Shown piece after piece: positions 40,136 to 53,586 of a stretch of 64,000 nt of DNA. The stretch spans positions 9,922,001-9,986,000 of the forward strand of contig CM075988.1 in assembly GCA_038087875.1 (NCBI GenBank). Direction: 5' to 3'. Position 1 is the stretch's first letter; every line of letters starts with the position of its first letter. Under the pieces are notes generated by a model. That model had not been told where the DNA came from. It saw only the letters and a list, made by a program, of their open reading frames with translations, and did no database searches. Made by a program: the position numbers and the translations under genes. The DNA is from Malacoraja senta (lineage: Eukaryota).

Positions 40136-40989
40136 GAAGCAAATCCATAGGGGTTTTCTTGGCCATAGCTTCACCATGATGGAGAAATCACAGGAAGAAA
40201 AGCTGAAGCGAAAATAAAGACAGTGGCTGGAGGACAGTGGGTGCGGTAGGAGGGAAATGGATAGTTAACATTTCAGATTGAGACCTGTATAGATGAAGGG
40301 TATCAACCCGAAACATTGACTTTCCATTTCTCTCCACGGTCTTTCCTGACTCATTGACCACCATCGATGGCTCTTGTCGTTTTTTTGTTAGAGATCCCAG
40401 CATCTGCAATCTCAACTGCCTCCAAGCAGAACTGAAGGGCAGACCTATAGTCCTCACTAAGTCAGATTGGTTGCATTGCAATCCAAAAATAAGGAATAAT
40501 TTTCTTAGCACATTGTCGCAATTGTAATTGATGTGGTCAATCAATAGCTGGGGTTGGGTATGAAATTATATAATATGGCTTTAGTGTGGGCAGGCTTCTT
40601 CTGTCTCATGTTAAAGAGCACTGTTCAGCAGCTCCTGAAACTTGACACTGGGAGGATTACCCTGAAGCAAGCATTGATTTAGTGCAACACAATAATGCAA
40701 AATCCTGGGCCTTCAGATCTATCGAGTTGCTTCAGGTCCAATAGTGTTCCGAGGTCATACAATTACGTGACTTCTTTTGTGTTGGCTCTGTGACCAGATT
40801 ACAAATAATCCAGGCAACTAATATCATGCAGGGTAGCCAGGGTTTTTGCGTGAACAGGACTCTTCGGTACAGGACTCTTGTCGATTCGACTTTAAAGGTG
40901 TGTACGGAATGTGGTTGTTAATAATTTCCGAGAGGAAGAATACTATACATTTTAGAGAGATTGCGGGTAACTTACTGTTCGTTCAGTTT

Positions 40990-42555
40990 TACACCTCCAT
41001 CCCCCACCAGGAAGGTCTTAAAGCCCTCCAATTCTTCCTCGATCGCAGAACCAGCCAATTTCCCCCTACCAATACTCTCCTCCGCCTAGCAGAGCTAGTC
41101 TTCCCCCTTAACAACTTTTCCATCGACCCCTTCCACTTCCTCCAAATCCAAGGCGTAACAATGGGCACCTGCATGGACCCCATCTATGCCTGCCTCATTG
41201 TAGGGTACGTCGAACAATCCCTGTTCCAGGCGTTCACGAGCTCTATCCCCAAACTCTACCTCCACTACACTGACGACCTCCTGCACACATGCAGAACTCA
41301 CTGACCATTAACTTTACTACTAATTTCCATTCTGCACTTAAATACATTGGACTATCTCTGACGTCTCCCTACCATTTCTTGATTTCACCGTCGCCATCAC
41401 AGGAGACAGACTATCAACTAACATCTCTTATTACTCCCACAGCTATCTAGACTACACTTCTTCTCACCCTGCTTCATGTAAAGGCTCTATCCCCCATCTC
41501 CCAATTCCTCCATCTACGCAGCATCTGCGCCCAAGATGAGGAGTTCCATAACAGGACATCAGAGATGTCCTAATTCTTTAGGGAACGGGGGTTCCCCTCT
41601 TCCATCACAGATGAGGCCCTCACTAAGGTCTCCTCGATATCCCGCAGCTCCACTGTTGCTCCCGCTCCCCCCAGTCGTAACAAGGATAGAGTCCCCCTAG
41701 TTCTCACCTTCCACCCCATCAGCCATCGCATACAGCACATAATCCTCCGGCATTTTCATCACCTCCATCCGGATCCCACCACTAGCTACATCTTCCCATC
41801 TCCATCCCTTTCCACTTTTTGCAGAGACCATTCCATCTGGAACTCCCTGGTCGACATCCTTTCCCACCCAATCCACCCCCTCCCCAGGTACATTTCCCAG
41901 CAATCACAGAAGATGCAACACCTGTCCCTATACCTCCCCCTTCATCTCCACCCAAGGACCCCGGCAGTCTTTTCAGGTGAGGCAGAGGTTCACTTGCACC
42001 TCCTCCAACCTTATCTACTGTATCCTCTGTTCCAGGTGTGGACTCCTGTATATCAGTGAGACCAAGCGCAGACTTGGCAATAGTTTCGCTGAACACCTTC
42101 CCTCAGTCTGCCTAAACCTACCTGATCTCCCGGTTGCTAAACACTTTAACACCCCCTCCCATTCCCATACTGACCTTTCTGTCCTGGGCTTCCTTCATTG
42201 TCAGAGTGAGGTCCAGTGCCAATTGAAGAATCAGCACCTCATATTTTGCTGGGCAGTTCTATCACCATCCCTCCTCTTTCCCAGTGCTCCGACGATTCTT
42301 ACTGTCTCCAACTACATTTAATCCCTGTTTGCTTTGCTGTTACCTTTTGCCAGCTAACAATGATCTATTCTACATGTTCCTTGATCTCCATTCCCTTTGT
42401 CCTGCTTTCACACCATACATGTCCTTATCTATGTATCTCCCTCTCCCTTGACATCAGTCTGAAGAAGGGTCTCGACTGAAAACGTCACCCAATCCTTCTC
42501 TGCAGAGATGCTGCCTGTCCCGCTGAGTTACTCCAGCATTTTGTGTCTATCTTCT
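40990..42555 (+). mobile_element. Penelope-like element: decayed RT, GIY-YIG endonuclease and pseudo-LTR
   Basis: YTSIPHQEGL, FLQIQGVTMGT..YA, YTDD, then FTCTSSNLIYCILCSRCGLLYISETKRRL..EH. Several stops and frameshifts. Confidence 0.9.
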
Positions 42556-42989
42556 GTTAGTTCAGCCCCGTGGTATTAAGTCCCCAGAGTGGGATATCTG
42601 CTCACAAGCATCCATAACAACTCCAGAATATGATTATTTTACACCAAGGTGGAAAACCAAGTATTTTCCAAAAGATATGGCAGGTGTAAAACCTAGAGAA
42701 ATGTACATCTGGGGTGTGGTGATCTTTGCTACTTGCCCTCAGATGGAAATTAGCAGCTTTTAGCAAATTGCTGATGCCTTTATGAACCTTATGCCATGCG
42801 TCTGAAAATAACTTAATAAGGAGACCTTAAAACTGCACTCTGGCTAAAATTCTAAGTGTTGGCACCATGTTAATATGTGTCTTCATAGTATTTATAAAAT
42901 ACATTTGGAAAAGCATTAGAATTTCATTATTCTGTTTTGGATACTCTTGACTCACTTGACTAAAATTTTCCACCAGGACCGAAGAAGGG

Positions 42990-43682
42990 AGAGGAAAAGG
43001 GGAGATGCAGCGAGACCTGGGTGTCATGGTACACCAGTCATTGAAAGTAGGCATGCAGGTGCAGCAGGCAGTGAAGAAAGCGAATGGTATGTTAGCTTTC
43101 ATAGCAAAAGGATTTGAGTATAGGAGCAGGAAGGTTCTACTGCAGTTGTACAGGGTCTTGGTCTCCAAATCTGAGGAAGGACATTATAGGTTCACCAGAC
43201 ATCCTGACATGTCAGGACTTTCATATGAAGAAAGACTGGATAGACTTGGCTTATACTCGCTAGAATTTAGGAGATTGAGAGGGGATCTTATAGAAACGTA
43301 CACAATTCTTATGGGGTTGGACAGGCTAGATGCAGGAAGATTGTTCCCGATGTTGGGGAAGTCCAGGACAAGAGGTCACAGCTTAAGGATAAGGGGGAAA
43401 TCCTTTAAGACCCAGATGAGAAAAAATGTTTTCACACAGAGAGTGGTGAATCTCTGGAACTCTCTGCCACAGAGGTTAGTTGAGGCCAGTTCATTGGCTA
43501 TATTTAAGAGGGAGTTAGATGTGGCCCTTGTGGCTAAAGGGATCAGGGGGTATGGAGAGAAGGCAGGTACGGGATACTGAGTTGGATGATCAGCCATGAT
43601 CATATTGAATGGCGGTGCAGGCTCGAAGGGCCGAATGGCCTACTCCTGCACCTATTTTCTATGTATCTATGTATCTATGTAT
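42990..43682 (+). mobile_element. Young CR1 3' fragment with small internal deletions
   Basis: ORF 43005-43580 (RDLGV..GYGEKAGTGY) and (CTATGTAT)n tail. Confidence 0.9.
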
Positions 43683-43734
43683 GACCTCTCCTGGTCCCAG
43701 TAGGTGGGTGGTGAAGGTAACTCCTGATTTAAGA

Positions 43735-43972
43735 TCATAAGGACTTAAGGAATAGGAGTGGAATTAGGCCATTCGGCCTATCAAGTCTACTCCGCCATTC
43801 AATCATGGCTGATCTATCTCTCCCTCTTAACCCCATTATCCTGCCTTCTCCCCATAACTTCTGACACTTGTACTAATCAAGAATCTGTCTATCTCTGCCT
43901 TAAACATATCCACTGACTTGGCCTCCACAGCCTTCTGTGGCAAAGAATTCCACAGATTCACCACCCTCTTAC
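43735..43972 (-). mobile_element. CR1 3' end
   Basis: Antisense CR1 3' UTR and final codons. Confidence 0.75.
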
Positions 43973-45256
43973 TAAAGATCTGCGATTTTCCAGGATATCC
44001 TACAGTACCTGGAGGTCAAAATGATGTTGTTGATGAGAGAACCGAAAATAACTACTGCACAATGCAGAACAAGCTCTCGCTAAGCCAAACATGGGTTAAT
44101 GCATTCCCAGGTTTTATTCAAGTCTAAATATGTCTGCCCTAGTGAAATAATTAATTGCAGATCATTTAATATGCTGATCGTATAATGTCAGGTTTAGTTA
44201 TGTATCTGCCAATAAAGAAACTCAGCAAAACACGGGGAAAAAAATAAAATATGTGCCAACCCAGAGCACCATTCACACGTTTGCAGTGAAATTGAGCCTA
44301 AATTACATTTAGCCTTGAGACAAATATGAAAATATTCCAATCATGAAGTGGATTAGTTAGAATATTCTCATTGCAACCTCTTTGTAGGTTGGTATTTTTA
44401 TCCTAGCACCTTAGCATGCAAAGACTCAGCTGATACACATTCATACTAATGATACTCACGGTATTTGCCCAAATGCAGTTTTCGAAATTGGGGGGGAGTA
44501 AGTTGTGCTAATTTTCTTGGCAGTGTTAACAGACCAGCTGGCATAACATTGCTTTGGGACTCTGCAGGAGGATGTGTGAAACTCTGGGATATCCCAATGC
44601 GGGAACACCAAGAATGAACTGAGACTTTAAACTGTTTGGTGGTGCCCTGGGGCTGTTAAATAATTGATCCCATCTAACTAGAATGAAGCCAAACTGACTG
44701 AAATGTAGTCTTTTTCCTGTGCATGCATGGATTGTGTGGAGTACTTTTTTACAGTAATGGCAAGGCACACGGTTCAACGATGTAAAATTAAAATAAAACT
44801 TGCTTTTATTTACTTGATAACTTTGAAGAACTATTTGTAGTGCCTGCACTATTGAAATAAAATTCAATGGGTTGGGATTAATATTTCTCTTGTATTAATA
44901 ATATAATGCCATTGGAAGACTTTGCAACAAGCCAAAAACAGACTGTGCTGGAGTAACTCAGTGTGTCTGGCAGCATCCAAGTACCATTGAGAATTCCCGG
45001 AGAACATGCAATTAACCAACTCTGCATCGAGGTAAATTAGATTTGAGAGTAGGACTGAATGCTTAACATCCTGGGTTAGCGAGTTCACACATGACCTGTG
45101 TATACCTCCTGTGAAGGAAGGAACTGCAGATGCTGGTTTACACCATAGATAGATACAAAATGCTGGAGTAAGTCAGCAGTACAGGCTCTGGAGAGAAGGA
45201 ATGAGTGATGTTTCTGGTTGAGAAGGGTCACCCATTTCTTACTCCAGCATTTTGTG

Positions 45257-46255
45257 TATACCTCCTCCCTCACCTTCATCCACGGAACCCAGCAGTCCTT
45301 CCAGGTGAGACTGAGGTTCACCTGCACCTCGTCCAACCTCATCCAGTGTTCCCAAGGTGAGGTGATGTTGATACTCAAATCTACAACTGGAAATGGTGTC
45401 CCTTGGATGGTATATGAAATAGTTATTTTTCTTTTCGGGAGGCATATAAGATCAATAGAATATTTGTATGACAATCGTAGATTCTTAAAATAGGATTCCA
45501 ACACTTCCCAGTGTAATCCTAACAATTCCACATGAAGTTACATCAGTAGAATTGTATTTCAATAAAGAGTTTTGTTCATAGTATTCTGATCAATCCATTT
45601 CCTTAAGCTCGGTCCACCAATGCTGACTGGATCTTCCAGTTGCTAACCATTTTAACTCCCTTTGCCATCACACAATTACCTTTCTGTCCTGGGCCTCCTC
45701 CTTTGCCAGAGTGAGGCCACACACACGCTGGAGGAAAAACACCTCATATTCCATTTTGATAGCTTACAACCCAATGGTATGAACATTGAATTCCCCAATT
45801 TTAGATAAATACATAACCCCACCCCACCCACCCATCCTCTCCCTGGTCTCCCCCATATAACTGCTCTCCTCCCCTCCTCTCACCCCTATGCCCCACCTGG
45901 ACTCGCACCTATTTCTCCCCTCCCCTCCCCCTCCCCCTCCACCTACATTTCTTTCTCTAGCTTCACAACACTTTGGATTGCAACGTATATCCTTCTGTCT
46001 TATATATTCTGCCATTTTATCTCTGGCCTTTGACCAACCATCTGCCAATCAAATAGCCCTCCTCACCTCAGTTGGCATATTAACTGCCAGGCTTTGTCCT
46101 GGATGCCCTCTCTTCCAGCTTTTTCCACCCCTCCCCACTACATCCTGCCTGAAGAAGGGTCCCGACACAAAATGTCACCTATCCATGTTCTTCTGAGATG
46201 CTGCCTGATCTGAGCTACTCCAACACTCTGTGCATTCATTTGTAAACCAGCATCT
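45257..46255 (+). mobile_element. Penelope-like 3' fragment (GIY-YIG region and pseudo-LTR) with an unrelated insert at about 45355-45607
   Basis: YTSSLTFIHGTQQSFQVRLRFTCTSSNLI, resuming at DLPVANHFNS..HLIF..LQPNGMNIEF. Confidence 0.75.
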
Positions 46256-46660
46256 TGTTTCAATGTGGAGAATTAGAAAGTTGGGCGCAGCAGAATCAAT
46301 TCAAGTATCAAACTGAATCAGATGTTATGGGAAAATAACATATAGAAACCTGACCCTTCTGCCTGTTCTCCCCTTCAACACAATAATGGCTGATCATTCA
46401 CTGCAGTTCCCCAAGCCCTCTTCTCCACTTCTCCCTTCATCCCTTTTACATAAGAAATGGACCTATCTCCTTCTCAAGTACATTTAATAATTTGGCCTCA
46501 TTCACGTTCTGCGGTAGAAAATGACCACTCTCTAGGTAAACGAATTCCTCCTAATCCTGATACATGGAAACATAGAAACATAGAAAATAGGTGCAGGAGT
46601 AGGCCATTCGACCCTTCGAGCCTGCACCGCCATTCGATATGATCATGGCTGATCATCCAA

Positions 46661-49656
46661 CTCAGTATCCCATCCCTGCCTTATCTCCATACCCTCTGAT
46701 CCCTTTAGCCACAAGGGCCACATCTAACTCCCTCTTATAAATAGACAATGAACTGGCCTCAACTACCTTCTGTGGCAGAGAATTCCACAGATTCACCACT
46801 CTCTGTGTAAAAAATGATTTTCTCATCTAGGTCCTAAAAGACTTCCCTCTTATCCTTAAACTGCGACCCCTAGTTCTGGACTTCCCCAACATCGGGAATA
46901 ATCTTCGTGCATCTAGCCTGTCCAACCCCTTAAGAATTTTGTAAGTTTCTATAAGATCCCCCCTCAATCTTCTAAATTCTAGCGTGTACAAGCCGAGTCT
47001 ATCCAGTCTTTCTCATATGAAAGTCCTGCCATCCCAGGAATCAGTCTGATGAACCTTCTCTGTACTCCCTCTATGGCAAGAATGTCTTTCCTCAGATTAG
47101 GAGACCAAAACTGTATGCAATACTCCAGGTGTGGTCTCACCAAGACCCTGTACAACTGCAGTAGAACCTCCCTGCTCTTATACTCAAATCCTTTTGCTAT
47201 GAATGCTAACATACCATTTGCTTTCTTCACTGCCTGCTGCACCTGCATGCCTACTTTCAATGACTGGTGTACCATGACACCCAGGTCTCGTTGCATCTCC
47301 CCTTTTCCTAATCCGCCATCATTCAGATAATAGTCTACTTTCCTGTTTTTGCCACCAAAGTGGATAACCTCACATTTATCCACATTATACAGCATCTGCC
47401 ATGCATTTGCCCACTCACCCAACCTATCCAAGTCACCTTGCAGCCTCCTAGCCAACACTGCCCCCCAGCTTCATGTCATCTGCAAACTTGGAGATGTTGC
47501 ATTCAATTCCCCATCCAGATCATTAATATATATTGTAAATAGCTGGGGTCCCAGCACTGAGCCTTGCGGTACCCCACTAGTCACTGCCTGCCATTCTGAA
47601 AAGGACCCGTTTACTCCTACTCTTTGCTTCCTGTCTGCCAGCCAGTTCTCTATCCACATCAATACTGAACCCACAATACCGTGTGCTTTAAGCTTGCATA
47701 CTAATCTCTTATGTGGGACCTTGTCGAAAGCCTTCTGAAAGTCCAGATATAACATATCCACTGGTTCTCCCTTATCCACTCTAATAGTTACATCCTCGAA
47801 AAATTCTATAAGATTCGTCAGACATGATTTACCTTTCATAAATCCATGCTGACTTTGTCCAATGAATTCACCACTTTCCAAATGTGCTGCTATCCCATCT
47901 TTAATAACTGACTCCAGAATTTTCCCCACCACCGATGTTAGACTAACTGGTCTGTAATTCCCCGTTTTCTCTCTCCCTCCCTTTTTAAAAAGTGGGGTTA
48001 CATTAGCTACCCTCCGTCCTCAGGAACTACTCCAGAATCTAAAGAGTTTTGAAAAATTATCACCAATGCATCCACTATTTCTGCGGCTACTTCCTTAAGT
48101 ACTCTGGAATGCAACTTATCTGGCCCTGGGGATTTATCGGCCTTTAATCCATTCAATTTACCTAACACCACTTCCCGGCTAACCTGGATTTCACTCAGTT
48201 CCTCCATCTCATTTAACCCCCGGTCCCTTGCTATTTCCGGCAGATTATTTATGTCTTCCTTAGTGAAGACAGAACCAAAGTAGTTATTCAATTGGTCTGC
48301 CATGTCCTTGTTCCCGATGATCAATTCGCCTGTTTCTGACTGCAAGGGACCTACATTTGTTTTAACTAATCTTTTCCTCTTCACATATCTATAAAAACGT
48401 TTGCAGTCAGTTTTTATGTTCCCTGCCAGTTTTCTTTCATAATCTATTTTCCCTTTCCTAATAAAGCCTTTTGTCCTCCTCTGCTGGACTCTGAATTTCT
48501 CCCAGTCCTCTGGTAGGCTGCTTTTTCTGACTAATTTGTACGCTTCATCTTTTGTTTTGATACTATCCCTGATTTCCCTTGTTATCCACGGATGCACTAC
48601 CTTCCCCGATTTATTCTTTTGCCAAACATTTAAAAACTGCATGGATGAACAATTGTTGTAGTTCATCCATACAACAATTGTTCATCCATGCAGTTTTTAA
48701 ATGCCATCCATTGCATATCCACCGTCAACCCTTTAAGAATCATTTGCCAGTCTATCTTGGCCAATTCACGTCATACCCTCAAAGTCACTTTTCTTTAAGT
48801 TCAGGACCCTTGTTTCTGAATTAACAATGTCACTCTCCATCATAATGAAGAACTCAACCATATTATGGTCACTCTTGCCCAAGGGGCCACACACAACAAG
48901 ACTGCTAACTAACCCTTCCTCATTACTCAATACCCAGTCTAGAATAGCCTGCTCTCTCGTTGATTCCTCTACATGTTGGTTTAGAAAACTATCCCGCATA
49001 CATTCCAAGAAATCCTCTTCCTCAGCACCCCTGCCAATTTGATTCACCCAATCTATATGTAGATTGAAGTCACACATTATAATTGTTTTACCTTTGTTGC
49101 ACGCATTTCTAATTTTGTGTTTGATGCCATCCCCAACTCCACTATTACTGTTAGGTGGCCTGTACACAACTCCCACTAGCATTTTCTGCCCCTTAGTGTT
49201 TCGCAGCTCTACCCATATCGATTCCACATCCTCCAAGCTAATGTCCTTCCTTTCTATTGCGTTAATCTCCTCTCTAACCAGCAACGCTACCTCGCCTCCT
49301 TTTCCTTTCTGTCTACCCCTCCTGAATATTGAATATCCCTGGATGTTCAGCTCCCAGCCTTGGTCACCCTGGAGTCATGTCTCCGTGATCCCAACTATAT
49401 CATATTCATTAATAACTATGTGCACATTCAACTCATCCACCTTATTACGAATGCTCCTTGCATTAAGATACAAAGCCTTCAGGTTTGTTTTTACAACACT
49501 CTTACCCCTTATACAATTATGTTGAAAAGTGGCCCTTTTTGATTTTTGCCCTGGATTTGTCTGCCTGCCACTTTTACTTTTCACCTTCCTACCTATTGCT
49601 TCTACCCTCATTTTACACCCTCTGCCTCTCTGCTCTTGCACCCATCCCCCTGCCAC
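46661..49656 (-). pseudogene. CR1 ORF2 (APE endonuclease + reverse transcriptase), frameshifted
   Basis: [67 protein letters not shown] and RDLGV are spread over several frames. Confidence 0.92.
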
Positions 49657-49657
49657 A

Positions 49658-50602
49658 TTAGTTTAAATCCTCCCCGACAGCACTAGCCAACACTCCCCCA
49701 AGGACATTGGTTCCATTCCAGCCCAGGTGCAGACCGTCCTGTTTGTACTGGTCCCACCTCCCCCAGAACTGGTTCCAATGCCCTAGAAATTTGAATCCCT
49801 CCCCCTTGCACCATTTTTCAAGCCACGTATTCATCTGCAATATCCTCCTATTTCTACTCTGACTAGCCCGTGGCACTGGTAGTAATCCAGAGATTATTAC
49901 CTTTGAGGTCCTACTTTTAAGTTTATCTCCTAGCTCCCTAAATTCACCTTGTAGGACCTCATCCCTTTTTTTACCTATATTGTTGGTGCCAATGTGGACC
50001 ACGACAACTGGCTGTTCACTCTCCCCCTCCAGAATGTTCTGCAGCCGTTCAGTGACATCCCTGACCCTTGCACCAGGGAGGCAACATACCATCCTGGAGT
50101 CTCGTTTGCAGCCGCAGAAATGCCTATCTATTCCCCTTACAATGGAATCCCCTATTACTATTGCACTTCCACTCTTTTTTCTCCCCTCCTGTGCCACAGA
50201 GCCACCCATGGTGCCATGAACTTGGCTGCTGCTGCCTTCCCCTGATGAGCCATCTCCCCCAACAGTATCCAAAATGGTATACCTGTTTAGGAGGGAGATG
50301 GCCGCAGGGGACTCCTGCACTACCTGCCTACTGCTATGCTGGCTATTGGCCACCCGTTCCCTTTCTGTCCTCTTACCTTTTACCTGCGGTGTGACCAACT
50401 CACTGTACGTGCTATTCACGACTTTCTCAGCATCGTGGATGCTCCAGTATGAATCCAACCGCAGCTCCAATCGTTCAATGCGGTCTGCCAGGAGCTGCAG
50501 CTGGACACACTTCCTGCAAACGTAGTCACCAGACATCGACCATATCCCTGATCTCCCACATGTTGCAAGCTGAGCAACCCACGGGGCCAATCTCCACTGA
50601 CA
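49658..50602 (-). pseudogene. CR1 ORF1: zinc finger/coiled coil plus SGNH esterase domain
   Basis: IVIGDSIVRG, PGA, HIGTNN and DGLHL. The N-terminal CSAC..CRKC finger is split by a frameshift near 50532. Confidence 0.9.
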
Positions 50603-50691
50603 AAGCTTACTCCCAAATTAAATCAACTCCCTCACACTATAAAAATCTTTATCCTTTAAACTGTACCTTTACTAATAAATACTATACCCTT

Positions 50692-50838
50692 AACTCACAG
50701 AACCTTTAACTCACAGAACCCTCAACTCACTGAACCCTCAACTCACTGAACCCTCAACTCACAGAACCCTCAACTCACTGAACCCTCAACTCACTGAACC
50801 CTCAACTCACAGAACCCTTAACTCACAGAACCCTTAAC
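50692..50838. repeat. 16-bp tandem repeat, 9 copies (AACTCACWGAACCCTY), in the CR1 5' UTR
   Basis: Counted directly. Confidence 0.9.
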
Positions 50839-50969
50839 CTGAAAGCAGAAATGCAAACCTGGGGTTGCACCCAATCAGCTGCTTCCTCTGGTCCACTTCC
50901 ACCAATCAGAGGCTTCCACCAGACCCCTTCTCTGGAAGTGAGATGGAACGCAGCAGATTTGGGTAAAAG

Positions 50970-51133
50970 CTCCTCCTCTCACCAACGGCTCCCCGGGCCT
51001 CTGTGAAAGCAAGCCCCGCGCTCGATTTATAAATCACCACCCAGGTAACTCCTCCTCTCACCAACGGCTCCCCGGGCCTCTGTGAAAGCAAGCCCCGCGC
51101 TCGATTTATAACTCACCGCCCAACTCACCGCCC
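50970..51133 (-). repeat. Two approximately 79-bp monomers plus a partial one at the CR1 5' end
   Basis: CTCCTCCTCTCACCAACGGCTCCC at 50970 and 51049. Each monomer has TTATAAATCGAGCGCGGGG on the minus strand. Confidence 0.88.
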
Positions 51134-52454
51134 AAATGATACAAAATGGCAAAACCTTTATCCTGTGACCCCTCTGGTTCTGGGCTCTCTGAATTTTAGG
51201 TATATCCTCCTTGCATCCAGTCCATCTAATCCAGTTAGAATATCATCGATTTCTATGAGATCCCATCTCAGTCTTTATAATATTTCATCAATTTGGTCTC
51301 TCCTTATACTGTACGTCAGTCCTCTTATTCCACAAAACATTCTTCTTCAGATAAGGAGACCATCCCAGCTCAAGATTACCTCACACACCTGTGCCAAGAT
51401 ATCCTTCTTGTTGTGCTCAAATCCCTTTAAAATGAATCTTCTTTTATCAAGAGCCAAGAGTCAAAAGTGTTTTATGTTAATTTGTCCCAGAGAGAACAAA
51501 GAAATTTTTACCTGCAGCAGCACAACAGCACATAGTACTCTTTAAACAATATAATAAATGAGAAAAGCAAGTTCAGTGTTGTACATATACATATACGCGC
51601 ATTAGGGTTAGGGTTAGGTGTATATGTGTGTATGTGCGTGTGTGTGTGTGTATGTATATATATATATATATATTCCTTCTATCCATAGATGCTGCCTGTC
51701 CCACTGAGTTGCTTCAGCATTTTCTGTCTATCTGCTTGTGTCTAAATATATATATAAATATAGAGACATGCAAAGATAAACACAATATGCTGGAGTAACT
51801 CAGCGGGACAGGCAGCATCTCTGGAGAGAAGGAATGGGTGACGTTTTGGGTCGAGACCCTTATTAGACTGAGAGTCAGTGGAGAGGGAGTCTAGAGATAT
51901 GGAATGGCAAGGTAGGAATGACAGATCAAAGCAGATGATGATATGGAAATGTAGAAATGGAATATTGTTAGCTGAGGGGAAGGTGACAACATGGCATATC
52001 AGTAATATTTGGTAATAATCAGTAATGTCAGTAATAATACCAGTCTGAAGCGCACACAGACATATGCCTTCATGCCTTCCTTACTGCATTCTGTGCTAAA
52101 TGCTTACTTTTATGTATAAGAACATCCAGGTCTCTTTGCACCTACTCTTTTCCTATTTTATCACCATTCAGATAACAACCTGTCTTTATGTTGAAAGGGC
52201 CAATGTGCTTAACCTCACATTTATCCAAACTATATTGCATCTGCCTTGTACTTGCCCATTCAATTTTGTGACACATTGGAGCTTGTGTGTCTTCCAGACA
52301 CCTGACATTCCTCACTCCTCCTTCCAAACTGTTTAATCTGCAAACTCAGAGATTTTTTCCGGACCGTTTTAATTGTGCTGGAACGAACGTGGCCCTTGTG
52401 TTAAGATTAACTTTCCTTCATGTGGCCCACGCTCTGTGTTAATTATATCTCACT

Positions 52455-52756
52455 TTAGTTCAGAGATACTGCGCGGAAACAGGCCCTTCGGCCCAACGAG
52501 TCCGCATGGACCAGAGATTCCCGCACATTAACACTAACCTACGCACTAGGGACAATTTACAATATTCCAAGCCAATTAACCTACAAAACTGTACGTCTTT
52601 GGAGTGCGGGAGGAAACTAAAGATCTTGGAGAAAACCCACGCAGGTAACGGGGAGAACATACAAACTTCATACAGACAAGCACCCATAGCAAGGATCGAA
52701 CCCGGGTCTCTGGCGCTGTAAGGCAGCAGCTCTACCACTAAGCCACCGTGCCACCC
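52455..52756 (-). mobile_element. tRNA-derived V-domain SINE (well preserved)
   Basis: Antisense GGTGGCACGGTGGCTTAGTGGTAGAGC..GGGTTCGATCC head with intact A and B boxes. Confidence 0.88.
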
Positions 52757-53287
52757 ACTAAATGTTCCAATTTCACAGGGCAGTCACTGATTAGTTGCTT
52801 TTACATGTAGACTGAATGCAATCCATCGGCACTCTGCATGTTAGGTGCGTAAGCATATCACAAATACAAAAGTATGGGATCAAAAGTATTGTTTAACACT
52901 TGGAAAGGTATAATGTTACCATTATGTTTTTCAATTGAATTTATACCAGAAATCAGTCATGTAGTACTTAAAAAATATGCATTATGTAATTGGATTTTTT
53001 TTCCAAACACAGTCCCACGTGAAGTGGAGGTAATCTACTTTCGGTAGATGCCTGTCATTGTAAGTAAAACCAATTTCTGAGCTCACTCGATTCAAACATA
53101 TGATTTAAATTGAAATAGCATTGTTTCTCATGATGAAAACTCTAGTGAATATTGCAAGTCTCAGCAGTAAGGTGCATGAAATCAGAATCAAATCACGTGG
53201 TTGGAATCACATCAGAATCGAAGGGAAATGAGTGAATCTCGAATAATGCTCTGAATGAACAAAACGGATGTTTTTGCAAAATATCAG

Positions 53288-53586
53288 GGCAGCACGGTGG
53301 TGCAGCAGTAGAGTTGCTACCTTACAGCACTTAGAGCGCCAAAGACAAGTGTTCAATCTGTCTGTATGTAGTTTGTACATTCTCCCCGTGGTCTGCGTGG
53401 GCTTTCTCCAAGAACTTCGGTTTCCTCCAACATTCCAAAGACGTATAATTGGCTTGGTATAAATGTAAAAATGGTCCCTAGTGTAGAATAGTGTTCATGT
53501 GTGGGGGATCGCTGGTCGGTGCGGACTCAGTACGCCAAAGGGCCTGTTTCCGCGTTGTATCTCTAAACTAAACTAAACTAAACTAA
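53288..53586 (+). mobile_element. tRNA-derived V-domain SINE
   Basis: Head, central domain and (CTAAA)4 tail. Confidence 0.85.

Larger units (their letters stand above)
46565..51136 (-). mobile_element. Full-length CR1 LINE (5' UTR repeats, ORF1, ORF2, tail) inserted in an older CR1
   Basis: TSD TGATACA at 46558-46564 and 51137-51143. (GAAACATA)n tail at 46567-46586. Both ORFs present. Confidence 0.93.

Noticed and set aside
50692..50838. Regular short repeats resembling a CRISPR array
   Set aside because: The units are contiguous with no unique spacers and lie in a CR1 5' UTR.
51602..51618. TTAGGG x about 3 telomere-like repeat
   Set aside because: Too short and embedded in simple repeats. 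No evidence of telomere fusion or healing.
52690..52756. tRNA-like sequences at SINE heads
   Set aside because: They continue into SINE bodies and tails, so they are not tRNA genes.
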